From: Lachnospiraceae bacterium
Lineage (GTDB): Bacteria; Bacillota; Clostridia; Lachnospirales; Lachnospiraceae
Reading direction: 5' to 3'
DNA: 64,000 nt
Assembly: GCA_045128635.1 (NCBI GenBank)
Contig: JBGVRS010000170.1
Span: 4,253 to 68,252 of the forward strand
Made by a program: the position numbers and the translations under genes
Part shown: positions 1 through 12,368 of the stretch, in pieces
Position numbering within the stretch: the first letter of the stretch is position 1
How the letters are laid out: every line of letters begins with the position of its first letter
Notes under the pieces: model-generated
Told to the model about the DNA's origin: nothing
Database searches by the model: none
The model's input: the letters and a program-made list of their open reading frames with translations, nothing else

Positions 1-436
1 CAAAATCAAGAGAACCGCTCCGTATGGATTCTCCTACCAGCTGACATGTTGTATTACAAATGCGAAGTTGAATATTTGGATATTTTTCTTTAAATCTGCC
101 AAGGACAGGAATCAGATAATTTCGCAGAGAAGTTTCCGAAGCCCCTATTTTAATAAGTCCCCTTCCCATATTTAAATATTCCTTTAGTTTCTCTTCCCCC
201 TGGGAAATCTCAGAATAAGCTTTCGAAATATGTTCAAAAAGTAATTCTCCTTCTGGCGATAGACGCATACCTTTTTTGGAACGGATAAAAAGCTTGCAGT
301 TTAATTCTTTCTCCAAATTCAGAATATAGTGGCTAACAGTGGGCTGCGTCAAAAACAGAGCTTTCGCGGCCAGAGTTATATTTTGGTAATAAGCAACATA
401 GTAAAATATTTTATAAGAGTCATAACTGACAGACAT
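1..436 (-). CDS. LysR-family transcriptional regulator, N-terminal part (gene runs off the left edge)
   Basis: Absent from the ORF track because it has no in-window stop. Reverse-strand ATG at 436 is preceded by AGGAGGG. The translation MSVSYDSYKIFYYVAYYQNITLAAKALFLTQPTVSHYILNLEKELNCKLFIRSKKGMRLSPEGE is a canonical LysR wHTH. Confidence 0.8.
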   Translation of the reverse strand, partial: MSVSYDSYKIFYYVAYYQNITLAAKALFLTQPTVSHYILNLEKELNCKLFIRSKKGMRLSPEGELLFEHISKAYSEISQGEEKLKEYLNMGRGLIKIGASETSLRNYLIPVLGRFKEKYPNIQLRICNTTCQLVGESIRSGSLDF

Positions 437-557
437 ACTTACGTGCCCTCCTTTTATTTGTACAAATTTACATTTTGTTTTTATTTTAAGTGTTTTCTTT
501 TAGAAAAAGTGAACAAACCATAGAAAATTTGAATACTTTAACTAAAAAATATTTATT

Positions 558-586
558 TTACAAATATTTTCCACTCAAGTATAATG
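558..586 (+). promoter_or_regulatory. Candidate sigma-A promoter of the atp operon (TTTACA-17 nt-TATAAT)
   Basis: -35 TTTACA at 558-563, 17-nt spacer, perfect -10 TATAAT at 581-586, about 60 nt upstream of atpB. Confidence 0.55.
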
Positions 587-646
587 TCCACAATCTGAAA
601 AAGCAAGAGAGGATGTGATTTTACGGAAAAGTTAACAACAGCTCTT

Positions 647-1309
647 ATGGAGGAGCTAAATTGCGAAACGGTATTTACCATCCCGCTATTTGGGGGAATT
701 GATATCGGAGAATCTGTTGTAGTAAGCTGGATTATCATGGCAGTGCTTGTAGGATTATCAATTTTAATGACAAGAAACTTAAAGGTGCAAAATCCAGGAA
801 AAGGACAGGTGATATTGGAGACGGCAGTCACCAGTTTACACAATATGGTCAGTGGCATGGTTGGAGAAAAAGGTCAGCGGTATGTTCCCTATTTAATGAC
901 GGTTTTAATCTACATAGGATTTGCGAACATTATCGGACTCTTTGGTTTTAAACCTCCGACGAAAGACTTAACTGTGACAATAGCACTGGCAGCCATGAGT
1001 ATTATCCTCATTGAATATGCAGGTATTTACGCAAGAGGAGTGAAAGGCTGGGTGAAAAGTTTTGCGGAGCCAGTCGCAATCATGACGCCATTTAATATTT
1101 TGGAGATTGTAATCAAGCCATTATCATTATGTATGCGTCTTTTTGGTAACGTACTGGGAGCATTCGTTATTATGGAATTGATTAAGCAGGTGATTCCGGT
1201 GGTACTTCCGGTTCCGTTTAGTTTGTATTTTGATATTTTTGACGGTCTGATTCAGGCTTATGTGTTTGTTTTTCTTACATCACTATTTGTAAAAGAAGCA
1301 GTAGAATAG
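647..1309 (+). CDS. atpB: F0F1 ATP synthase subunit a
   Basis: 220-aa polytopic membrane protein. It has the subunit-a signature (LSLCMRLFGNVLGAF with the essential Arg) and is first in the atp gene order a-c-b-(delta)alpha-gamma-beta-epsilon. Confidence 0.9.
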   Translation: MEELNCETVFTIPLFGGIDIGESVVVSWIIMAVLVGLSILMTRNLKVQNPGKGQVILETAVTSLHNMVSGMVGEKGQRYVPYLMTVLIYIGFANIIGLFGFKPPTKDLTVTIALAAMSIILIEYAGIYARGVKGWVKSFAEPVAIMTPFNILEIVIKPLSLCMRLFGNVLGAFVIMELIKQVIPVVLPVPFSLYFDIFDGLIQAYVFVFLTSLFVKEAVE

Positions 1310-1324
1310 GAAAGGGTGATTATT

Positions 1325-1549
1325 ATGTCAACATTATTAGCAATTGGTGCAGGTATTGCAGTATTAACAGGTATAGGAGCAGGTATTGGTATTGGATTAG
1401 CTACTTCAAAAGCAGCAGAGGCAATCGCAAGACAGCCAGAGGCGGAAGGTAAAATTACAAAAGTCTTGATGCTTGGTTGTGCTTTGGCGGAGGCAACCGC
1501 CATCTATGGTTTTGTAATTGCACTTTTGATTATTATCTTTTTGAAATAG
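1325..1549 (+). CDS. atpE: F0F1 ATP synthase subunit c
   Basis: Two-helix hairpin protein with an ARQPE loop and carboxylate in [13 protein letters not shown] at 1325 follows GGAAAGGGTG; the track ORF starts at a GTG at 1316. Confidence 0.9.
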   Translation: MSTLLAIGAGIAVLTGIGAGIGIGLATSKAAEAIARQPEAEGKITKVLMLGCALAEATAIYGFVIALLIIIFLK

Positions 1550-1568
1550 GAGAAGGAAGGTAGAGAAA

Positions 1569-2072
1569 ATGCTGAATGTTAGTCCATGGAATTTGCTGTT
1601 TATCGTAGTAAATTTGTTAGTTCTTTTAGCATTGATGAAAAAATTTTTATATAAGCCAGTGCTGAATATTATTGCAAAACGTCAGGAGTTGATTGACAGT
1701 CAGTTTGCTCAGGTACAGGCATCTCAAGAAGAGGCAAAGCAGTTAAAAGAAGAATATGAAGGCTGTCTGGCAGATGCAAAAGCGCAGCAGGAAAGCATCC
1801 TGAAAGAAGCAAAAGTGCAGGCAGGAATAGAATACGATAAAATTTTAGCAGAAGCAGATGAGAAAGCAAAGCAGATGATCGAAGATGCAAAGAAAGTCAG
1901 TCTTGATGAAAAAGAAAAAGCAATCAAAGATGCAGAATCTGAAATTGCAAAACTGGCAGTTGCAGCAGCCTCAAAAATTGTATCTCAGGCATCTGATGAA
2001 AAAAATAATTATGTGATTTACGAGGAATTTCTGAAAAAAGCAGGTGAGAAGAGTGAAACAGACAGAAATTAA
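1569..2072 (+). CDS. atpF: F0F1 ATP synthase subunit b
   Basis: N-terminal TM helix followed by a long charged coiled coil (A/E/K-rich). Operon position fits and the RBS is strong (AGGAGAAGGAAGG). Confidence 0.9.
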   Translation: MLNVSPWNLLFIVVNLLVLLALMKKFLYKPVLNIIAKRQELIDSQFAQVQASQEEAKQLKEEYEGCLADAKAQQESILKEAKVQAGIEYDKILAEADEKAKQMIEDAKKVSLDEKEKAIKDAESEIAKLAVAAASKIVSQASDEKNNYVIYEEFLKKAGEKSETDRN

Positions 2073-3825
2073 GGGTACACCAAAATCGATAGATTGTCTG
2101 GATGCTGTACTTAGTTATGTGACAGCACCTACACCAGAACAACTGGTGGGAATTCAAAGATTTCTCAAGAAAACGTATCGTGCTGAAAGCGTAAGGATTG
2201 TAGAGGAACAGGACACGTCTTTAGGCGGTGGATTTAAGCTACAGGTGGGGACAGATGAGTTCGACTGGAGCACAAAGGAAAAAGTAAGGCAGTTGGAAGA
2301 AAAATTGACAAATGCCGTAAAAAAAGAGCATGACAGCAGCAAAGAGATTATTACGATTTTGAAAGAAGAAATTGACAATTTCGATGCAAAGATAGAGGGA
2401 CACGAAATCGGTTTTGTGAACTTTGTGGGAGATGGAATTGCCAATATCGATGGAGTCAGTCACGCAGAATATGGCGAAATCCTGTTGTTTGACACTGGCG
2501 TAAAAGGAATGGTGCAGGACATCCGAAAGGATGAAATTGGTTGCATTCTTTTTGGGCGGGAAGGCGGAATCAAAGAAGGAACCCGTGTGGTCCGTACTGG
2601 AAAGAGAGCTGGTATTCCTGTTGGCGAAGAATATCTTGGACGTGTGATCGACGCGCTTGGCGCACCGATTGACGGTCAGGGGGAAATTAAGGCTTCCGAC
2701 TATCGGCCTATTGAGCAGAAGGCTCCAGGAATTGTGGAAAGAAAGTCGGTCAGCGTTCCGATGGAAACGGGAATTTTGGCAATTGATTCTATGTTCCCAA
2801 TTGGAAGAGGCCAGCGTGAATTAATTATTGGTGACAGACAGACTGGAAAGACGTCGATTGCGATTGATACCATCTTGAATCAGAAAGGAAAAGATGTCAT
2901 CTGTATTTATGTGGCTATTGGACAGAAAGCATCTACAGTCGCAAAGCAGGTGAATACCTTGAAGAAGATGGATGCCATGGACTACACTGTGGTGGTTTCT
3001 GCAACAGCAAGTGAACCGGCATCCTTACAATACATTGCCCCTTATGCAGGTACAGCGATGGCAGAATATTTTATGTATCAAGGCAAAGATGTTTTGATTG
3101 TTTATGATGATTTGTCGAAACATGCAGTGGCGTATCGTGCTTTGTCATTACTTTTGGAACGTTCTCCTGGACGTGAGGCATATCCGGGGGATGTTTTCTA
3201 TCTTCATTCCAGACTGCTGGAACGTTCTAGCAGATTGAATGAAGAAAATGGCGGGGGTTCCATTACGGCACTTCCTATTATTGAAACACAGGCAGGAGAT
3301 GTGTCTGCTTACATACCGACAAATGTAATCTCTATTACAGATGGTCAGATATTTTTGGAAAGTGACCTGTTCTTCTCAGGTATGCGTCCAGCGGTGAATG
3401 TAGGTCTTTCGGTTTCTAGAGTTGGTGGCGCAGCGCAGACAAAAGCAATGAAAAAAGCTGCTGGAAGTATTCGAATTGATTTGGCACAGTTTAGAGAAAT
3501 GGAAGTGTTTACGCAGTTCGCATCTGATTTGGATGATGCGACGAAAGAGCAGTTAGCTTATGGAAATAGTTTGATGGAACTATTGAAACAGCCTTTGTGC
3601 CATCCGATGAGTTTACATGAGCAGGTAATCACGCTATTTTTGGCTTCACAAAAAAAGTTTCTCGCTGTGGAAAAGGTGCATATAAAAGAGTACCAGAAAG
3701 CAATTTTGTCATATTTCGAAGAGGAGCATGCAGATATTGTGAAGGAAATTGAGCAGACAAAAGATTTGTCAGAAGAATTAAAGAGTAAAATTTTGGAGGC
3801 AGCAGAGATATTCAAAAGTAGGTGA
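2044..3825 (+). CDS. atpA: ATP synthase alpha subunit with an N-terminal delta (OSCP) C-terminal-domain fusion
   Basis: aa ~98-593 are a complete alpha subunit (GDGIA, Walker [30 protein letters not shown]). aa ~24-92 match the delta C-terminal domain (D.SL.GG..L.VG...D.S...K...L). There is no stop and no plausible internal start between them. Alternative start GTG at 2053 after AGGTGA. Confidence 0.85.
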   Translation: MRRVKQTEIKGTPKSIDCLDAVLSYVTAPTPEQLVGIQRFLKKTYRAESVRIVEEQDTSLGGGFKLQVGTDEFDWSTKEKVRQLEEKLTNAVKKEHDSSKEIITILKEEIDNFDAKIEGHEIGFVNFVGDGIANIDGVSHAEYGEILLFDTGVKGMVQDIRKDEIGCILFGREGGIKEGTRVVRTGKRAGIPVGEEYLGRVIDALGAPIDGQGEIKASDYRPIEQKAPGIVERKSVSVPMETGILAIDSMFPIGRGQRELIIGDRQTGKTSIAIDTILNQKGKDVICIYVAIGQKASTVAKQVNTLKKMDAMDYTVVVSATASEPASLQYIAPYAGTAMAEYFMYQGKDVLIVYDDLSKHAVAYRALSLLLERSPGREAYPGDVFYLHSRLLERSSRLNEENGGGSITALPIIETQAGDVSAYIPTNVISITDGQIFLESDLFFSGMRPAVNVGLSVSRVGGAAQTKAMKKAAGSIRIDLAQFREMEVFTQFASDLDDATKEQLAYGNSLMELLKQPLCHPMSLHEQVITLFLASQKKFLAVEKVHIKEYQKAILSYFEEEHADIVKEIEQTKDLSEELKSKILEAAEIFKSR

Positions 3826-3831
3826 AAATAA

Positions 3832-6558
<2,727 letters not shown>

Positions 6559-6579
6559 GGAGATGCTTTTTTAGCTACT

Positions 6580-7236
6580 ATGAGTAAAGACTTGCAGAGG
6601 ATGTTCCCAGAGATGTCGGGCTTTTCAGTCCAAAATCTGAAAAGTATCCGCTATTGGTACAAGTTTTATACGACCGAGGAAAATGGCTTACAACTTGTAA
6701 GCCAAATTGATATGGTCGAAAAAATGGTCAAAAGTATTCCGTGGGGACATAATCAGCGGATTGCGTATAAATGTAAAAGTATCCCAGAAGCATTGTTCTA
6801 TGTGCAGTAAACAATGGATAACGGTTGGAGCAGGACTGTTCTGGAGCATCAGATAGGTAGCGACTTATATGACAGGCAGGGCAAGGCGATTACCAATTTT
6901 CAAGTAAAGTTGCCAGAGCCGCAGTCTGATTTGGCGGAACAGACTTTGAAAAATCCATACAATTTTGATTTTCTTACCTTGCGTGAGGAATATGATGAGA
7001 AAGAGTTAGAGGATGCTCTCGTCAACCAGATTACACAATTCTTGTTGGAACAGGATAACCCAACGATAGGATTGCTCATTTGCAAGGACAAAGATGATGT
7101 TGTTGCGGAATACGCACTCAATGATATTTCACAGCCAATCGGGATTGCGGCGTATGAATTGACAAAAGTGTTGCGTGAAGAATTCAAGAGCAGTTTGCCA
7201 ACGATTGAGAAAATCGAGAATGAACTGTCTGAGTAA
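6580..7236 (+). pseudogene. DUF1016/YhcG-type PD-(D/E)XK nuclease gene remnant (N-truncated, in-frame TAA, internal deletion)
   Basis: Two adjacent ORFs (6580-6810 and 6814-7236) are split by TAA at 6808-6810, just before the family motif DNGWSRTVLEHQI. FLLE is joined directly to NPTIGLLIC, so the ~70-aa nuclease core is missing. The N-terminal ~60 aa of the family are also absent. Confidence 0.7.
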
Positions 7237-7289
7237 ATTGGCTTACAAGTTGTAAGCCAATTTATAGGACCTTTGATGATACACCTTTT

Positions 7290-7628
7290 TTGAAAATTAC
7301 GCCAACACATAGAACAACGCAGAAGATAGAGTTAAAGGAAGGAGAGCCAATTAAGGTAAAGCAAAGTACAGAAGAAATAGAAACTCCTATTTCGCAATTT
7401 AACAAAAAGCAAATGTGCGACTATATTATCAATAATGGGCAGTATGCGACACAGAAGTTGTTAAAGATAGCAATTTCATATCGTTTTGCCCATAGTCACT
7501 ATTCTGGGAACCCAGATGTAAAAAGACTATGGAAAAATATTGATTATTTTGCCTTAAAATCTACATGGCCGAGAGGTTTTCTTAACGGAAAATTCCCTCG
7601 GCTTATTTTATTTCAAGGAGGTGTGTGA
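7290..7628 (+). CDS. Hypothetical ORF (doubtful; possibly a mobile-element remnant)
   Basis: Open frame with a TTG start and no recognisable motifs. Its 3' end reads through a terminator-like hairpin (7568-7613) and the RBS of the next ORF. Confidence 0.25.
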   Translation: MKITPTHRTTQKIELKEGEPIKVKQSTEEIETPISQFNKKQMCDYIINNGQYATQKLLKIAISYRFAHSHYSGNPDVKRLWKNIDYFALKSTWPRGFLNGKFPRLILFQGGV

Positions 7629-8285
7629 TTGAGCTATCAAGATTACAGACAATCCCTTAACCGTCAGCTATCGGATAAGGTGCAACAGGAGCTTTCTTCT
7701 TTTCGGGAAGAAATGCTTTCCAAATCCCCGCAGGAGATTTACGAAGCGGCGTATCAAATCGCTACGAAGAATGACATTGCGGAGTGTTTTTCTGGAACAA
7801 ATTACTCCCCGAATACAGTAAAAGCTCTGATGAAGTCGTCCAATCTCTTGAATGAGATTTATGAGGAATGGCTTGCAGCGGACTGTTCCCATATGGACGA
7901 TTTACAACAGACCGTATCTGATTTCAAGGACTATGGCTTTGTGGAAGCAGTCGTAGCCCTCACAGGCGTACCCACGGAATGGATACCGCCACCCCAAACG
8001 CCTAAGAAAGATGAGCCGAAAGTTCTGCTCCTGCCGCCGAAGAACAAGGACTGTAACACGATATGGAGACTCCGTTACCGTCATGGCAATTTTTTCTGCA
8101 AGGTTTGTGGAGATCAGACCGATTTTATCCATCTGCATTGCCTGAACAAGCAGATAAACATGAGCATGTTCACCATTATCAAGAGTGGTCCGGTATACCC
8201 TACGCCAGTATTCCACTTCTCCATAGACTGTCTTTATACTGGTCTTACGTCCGCCTTTATCACGATACTGCTTGGTATCTCTTGA
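7629..8285 (+). pseudogene. DUF3848-like gene fragment (conjugative-element associated family); only the first ~125 codons look authentic
   Basis: The N-terminus SPQEIYEAAYQIATKNDI...VKALMKSSNLLNEIYEEWL follows the DUF3848 pattern. The rest of the ORF is antisense to the transposase fragment and looks like read-through. Confidence 0.5.
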
Positions 8286-8420
8286 AGCTGCAAGCTCATC
8301 ATCATAGTACTCCAGTATTATCTTGGTGATTTCACATCCCAGTTCACAGACATACGCAAAAATTTTCTGTTCAAGGGTCTTGAAAGACACCAGTTTTTCC
8401 TCTACAATTGTTTTCATCAC
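7902..8420 (-). mobile_element. ISLre2-family (UPF0236) transposase, N-terminal fragment
   Basis: The first ~120 aa (FKTLEQKIFAYVCELGCEI...YRDKGGRKTSIKTVYGEVEYWRRVY...IGLISTNLAEKI) match the ISLre2/UPF0236 N-terminus. Similarity is lost below ~8055 and the catalytic part is absent. Confidence 0.6.
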
Positions 8421-8640
8421 ACAGTCTCCTTTATCTGTTTTGTCGCAACTAACATCATAAAGAAAAACTGTGTGGTTGGGAAGTAGGGATTTTCTCTGCT
8501 TCCTTTTTTACTTTTGGCAATTAAAATTATACACTAACTGATGAAGAAGAACAGGGGTTATACAAAAAAGGAAATTCTTGCGATTCTTAGCATTGTACTG
8601 ACAAAAATACAAAACATCACGAAAAAATTGGAATGTTCAA

Positions 8641-8669
8641 TAGACAGTTTGTTCAAGTTGTGATAAACT
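8641..8669 (+). promoter_or_regulatory. Candidate promoter of the PFOR gene (TAGACA-17 nt-TGaTAAACT)
   Basis: -35 TAGACA at 8641-8646 and extended -10 TG-a-TAAACT at 8661-8669, about 100 nt upstream of the start codon. Confidence 0.45.
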
Positions 8670-8768
8670 GATTTACATAGAAAACGGAAAGTGGGCTCGC
8701 TTTGCGTGTCTTTCTTGCGTTTAAAAAGAATCTAATTTTATATGATTCATATAAGGAGGAACAAACCA

Positions 8769-11700
8769 ATGGCTAGAAAAATGAAAACCATGGATGGTAA
8801 CCATGCAGCTGCGCACGTGTCTTATGCATATTCTGACGTTGCAGCTATCTACCCAATTACACCATCATCTGTAATGGCCGAAGCTACAGACGAATGGGCT
8901 ACACAGGGAAGAGAAAATATCTTTGGACAGACTGTACAGGTTACAGAAATGCAGTCCGAAGCTGGTGCAGCAGGTGCTGTACACGGATCCCTTGCAGCAG
9001 GTGCTTTAACAACTACATTTACAGCATCTCAGGGTCTCTTACTTATGATCCCTAACCTTTACAAACTCGCTGGTGAAAGACTTCCAGGCGTAGTTAACGT
9101 ATCAGCTCGTGCCATCGCAAGCCATGCATTATCAATCTTCGGAGATCACTCTGACGTTTATGCATGTCGTCAGACAGGCGTTGCTATGCTTTGTGAATCA
9201 AGTGTTCAGGAAGTTATGGACTTAACACCAGTTGCTCATTGTGCAGCTATTAAAGGTCGTCTTCCATTCATCAACTTCTTCGATGGTTTCAGAACATCTC
9301 ATGAAATCCAGAAGATCGAAATGTGGGATTATGAAGATCTTAAAGATATGGTAGATTTAGATGCTATCGATGCATACAGAAGAGATGCATTAAATCCTAA
9401 CCATCCATGCCAGAGAGGTTCAGCTCAGAACGCTGACATCTTCTTCCAGGCAAGAGAAGCATGCAACCCTTACTACGATGCTATGCCAGCAATCGTTCAG
9501 GAATGCATGGATAAAGTAAATGCTAAACTCGGTACAGATTACAAACTCTTCAACTACCACGGTGCAGCTGATGCTGAACATGTAATCGTTGCTATGGGTT
9601 CTGCATGTGAAACAATCGACGAAACAGTTGAATACTTAAATGCAGCTGGCGAAAAAGTTGGTGTTGTAAAAGTTCGTCTTTACAGACCATTCTCAGCAGA
9701 AGCTTTAATCGCAGCTATTCCAGAAACTGTAAAACAGATCACAGTATTAGACAGAACAAAAGAACCAGGTGCTCTTGGCGAACCATTATGGTTAGACGTT
9801 GTTGCAGCATTAAAAGGCTCTAAATTCGATGCAGTTCCAGTATTCATGGGACGTTACGGTTTAGGTTCTAAAGATACTACACCAGCACAGATCGTTGCTG
9901 TATTCAAGAACACAGAAAAAGCGAAATTCACAATCGGTATTGTGGATGACGTTACAAACCTTTCTCTTGAAGTTGGTGAAGCTATCTCTTGTGCACCAGA
10001 AACAACAATCGCTTGTAAATTCTGGGGTCTTGGCGCTGACGGTACAGTAGGTGCTAACAAGAACTCTATCAAGATCATCGGTGATAACACAGATATGTAC
10101 GCTCAGGCTTACTTTGATTATGACTCAAAGAAATCCGGCGGTGTTACAATTTCTCATTTAAGATTTGGTAAAGACCCAATTAAGTCTACTTACCTGATCT
10201 CAAAAGCTAATTTTGTTGCTTGCCACAACCCATCCTATGTACGTAAATACAACATGGTACAGGATCTGAAAGATGGCGGTACATTCTTACTGAACTGCCC
10301 ATGGGATATGGAAGAAATCGAAAAACATTTACCAGGACAGGCTAAGAGATACATGGCAGAACACAACATTAAGTTCTATGTAATCGACGGTATTAAGATT
10401 GGTAAAGAAATCGGATTAGGCGGACGTATCAATACAGTTCTCCAGTCTGCATTCTTCGAATTAGCAAACATCATTCCAGGCGAAGAAGCAAACGCTTTAA
10501 TGAAAGCAGCTGCAAAAGCTTCTTACGGCAAAAAAGGTGATAATGTCGTTCAGATGAACTATGACGCTATCGACGCTGGTGCAAAACAGATCGTTGAAAT
10601 CCAGATTCCAGAAAGCTGGAAAGACTGCGAAGATGAATTCTTAGGAAAATCTGTAGCAGGCGATTCTGCAGTTGTTGATTTCGTTAACAATATCCAGATT
10701 CCAGTTAACGCTCAGGAAGGTAACAAATTACCAGTATCTGCATTCAAAGATTATGTAGATGGTACAACACCTTCAGGTTCTTCTGCATTTGAAAAACGTG
10801 GTATCGCAGTAGATATCCCAGTATGGAATGCTGAAAACTGTATCCAGTGTAACAGATGTGCTTATGTATGTCCTCACGCTGTAATCCGTCCAGTAGCTAT
10901 GACAGAAGAAGAAGTAGCTGCAGCTCCAGAAGGAATGACAGTAGTACCTATGACAGGTATGGCAGACAAGAAATTCGCTATCGTTGTATCAGCTTATGAC
11001 TGTACAGGATGTGGTTCTTGTGCTAACGTTTGTCCAGGTAAGAAAGGTGCAAAAGCACTCGCTATGGAAAACATGGAAGCAAACGCTGGTCTCCAGACAT
11101 ACTTCGATTACGCAGTAACATTACCAGAAAAAGAAGATGTTATCGCGAAATTCAAAGAAAATACAGTAAAAGGATCTCAGTTCAAGTCTCCATTACTTGA
11201 GTTCTCAGGAGCTTGTGCTGGATGTGGTGAAACACCATACGCTAAATTAATCACACAGTTATTCGGTGACAGAATGTACATCGCTAACGCAACAGGTTGT
11301 TCTTCAATCTGGGCTAACTCTTCACCATCTACACCATACACAGCAAACGCTAAAGGACAGGGACCAGCATGGTCTAACTCCTTATTCGAAGATGCTGCAG
11401 AATTTGGTTATGGTATGAGCCTTGCACAGAAAGCTCTTCGTGACGGCTTAAAAGCTAAAGTAGAAGACATCGCTGCAAACAGCGAAAACGAAGACTGTAA
11501 AGCAGCTGCAAAAGAATGGTTAGATACATTCTCATGTGGCGCTACAAACGGTGCTGCAACAGATAAATTAGTTGCTGCATTAGAAGCTTGCGGATGCGAA
11601 AAAGCTCAGGCAATCTTAAAAGATAAAGACTTCCTTGCTAAGAAATCCCAGTGGATCTTCGGTGGTGACGGTTGGGCATACGACATCGGTTTCGGTGGTG

Positions 11701-12302
11701 TTGACCACGTATTAGCTTCCGGCAGAGATATCAACATCATGGTATTCGATACAGAAGTTTACTCTAACACAGGTGGACAGTCTTCTAAAGCTACTCCAGT
11801 AGGTGCTATCGCTCAGTTCGCAGCAGCTGGTAAAGAAGTTAAGAAGAAAGACCTTGCAAGCATCGCAATGAGCTACGGTTATGTATATGTTGCTCAGATC
11901 GCTATGGGTGCTGATTACAACCAGTGCGTAAAAGCAATCGCAGAAGCAGAAGCTTATCCAGGACCATCATTAATCATCGCTTATGCTCCATGTATCAACC
12001 ATGGTATTAAGAAAGGTATGAGCAAAGCTCAGACAGAAGAAGCTAACGCAGTAGCATGTGGTTACTGGCATTGCTTCAGATACAATCCAGCTCTTAAAGC
12101 AGCAGGACAGGATGCATTCATCTTAGATTCTAAAGAACCTACAGAAGATTATCAGGAATTCCTTGATGGCGAAGTACGTTACAACGCTCTGAAACGTGCG
12201 AACCCAGACCGTGCTGCAGAACTCTTCGCTAAATCTGAAGAAGCTGCAAAAGCTAGATATGAATATCTGAACAGATTAAAAGTATTACACGGAGCAGAAT
12301 AA
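8769..12302 (+). CDS. nifJ: Pyruvate:ferredoxin (flavodoxin) oxidoreductase
   Basis: ~1177-aa single-chain PFOR. It has two ferredoxin-type clusters (CIQCNRCAYVCP, CTGCGSCANVCP) and the TPP motif GGDGWAYDIG. ATG at 8769 follows AAGGAGG; the track ORF starts earlier, at 8742. Confidence 0.95.
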   Translation: MARKMKTMDGNHAAAHVSYAYSDVAAIYPITPSSVMAEATDEWATQGRENIFGQTVQVTEMQSEAGAAGAVHGSLAAGALTTTFTASQGLLLMIPNLYKLAGERLPGVVNVSARAIASHALSIFGDHSDVYACRQTGVAMLCESSVQEVMDLTPVAHCAAIKGRLPFINFFDGFRTSHEIQKIEMWDYEDLKDMVDLDAIDAYRRDALNPNHPCQRGSAQNADIFFQAREACNPYYDAMPAIVQECMDKVNAKLGTDYKLFNYHGAADAEHVIVAMGSACETIDETVEYLNAAGEKVGVVKVRLYRPFSAEALIAAIPETVKQITVLDRTKEPGALGEPLWLDVVAALKGSKFDAVPVFMGRYGLGSKDTTPAQIVAVFKNTEKAKFTIGIVDDVTNLSLEVGEAISCAPETTIACKFWGLGADGTVGANKNSIKIIGDNTDMYAQAYFDYDSKKSGGVTISHLRFGKDPIKSTYLISKANFVACHNPSYVRKYNMVQDLKDGGTFLLNCPWDMEEIEKHLPGQAKRYMAEHNIKFYVIDGIKIGKEIGLGGRINTVLQSAFFELANIIPGEEANALMKAAAKASYGKKGDNVVQMNYDAIDAGAKQIVEIQIPESWKDCEDEFLGKSVAGDSAVVDFVNNIQIPVNAQEGNKLPVSAFKDYVDGTTPSGSSAFEKRGIAVDIPVWNAENCIQCNRCAYVCPHAVIRPVAMTEEEVAAAPEGMTVVPMTGMADKKFAIVVSAYDCTGCGSCANVCPGKKGAKALAMENMEANAGLQTYFDYAVTLPEKEDVIAKFKENTVKGSQFKSPLLEFSGACAGCGETPYAKLITQLFGDRMYIANATGCSSIWANSSPSTPYTANAKGQGPAWSNSLFEDAAEFGYGMSLAQKALRDGLKAKVEDIAANSENEDCKAAAKEWLDTFSCGATNGAATDKLVAALEACGCEKAQAILKDKDFLAKKSQWIFGGDGWAYDIGFGGVDHVLASGRDINIMVFDTEVYSNTGGQSSKATPVGAIAQFAAAGKEVKKKDLASIAMSYGYVYVAQIAMGADYNQCVKAIAEAEAYPGPSLIIAYAPCINHGIKKGMSKAQTEEANAVACGYWHCFRYNPALKAAGQDAFILDSKEPTEDYQEFLDGEVRYNALKRANPDRAAELFAKSEEAAKARYEYLNRLKVLHGAE

Positions 12303-12325
12303 TCGAAAGATTGACGCAAAGTGAT

Positions 12326-12353
12326 AGGGCACGCCGTAAGGCGTGCCCTTTTT
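12326..12353 (+). terminator. Rho-independent terminator after PFOR
   Basis: GGGCACGCC-GTAA-GGCGTGCCC stem followed by TTTTT. Confidence 0.85.
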
Positions 12354-12368
12354 AGTTTCGTATTTAAA

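Noticed and set aside
1325-1549. Na+-translocating c subunit
   Set aside because: The first helix reads GIGIGL, with no Gln of the Na+ site, and the second helix reads AEAT rather than ES/T. This is consistent with H+ coupling, though the call rests only on motif memory.
8418-8475. 8-bp inverted repeat CACACAGT/ACTGTGTG around the transposase fragment start as an IS terminal repeat
   Set aside because: It is short and has a 42-nt loop. No matching partner exists at the other, deleted end of the element, so it cannot be distinguished from chance.
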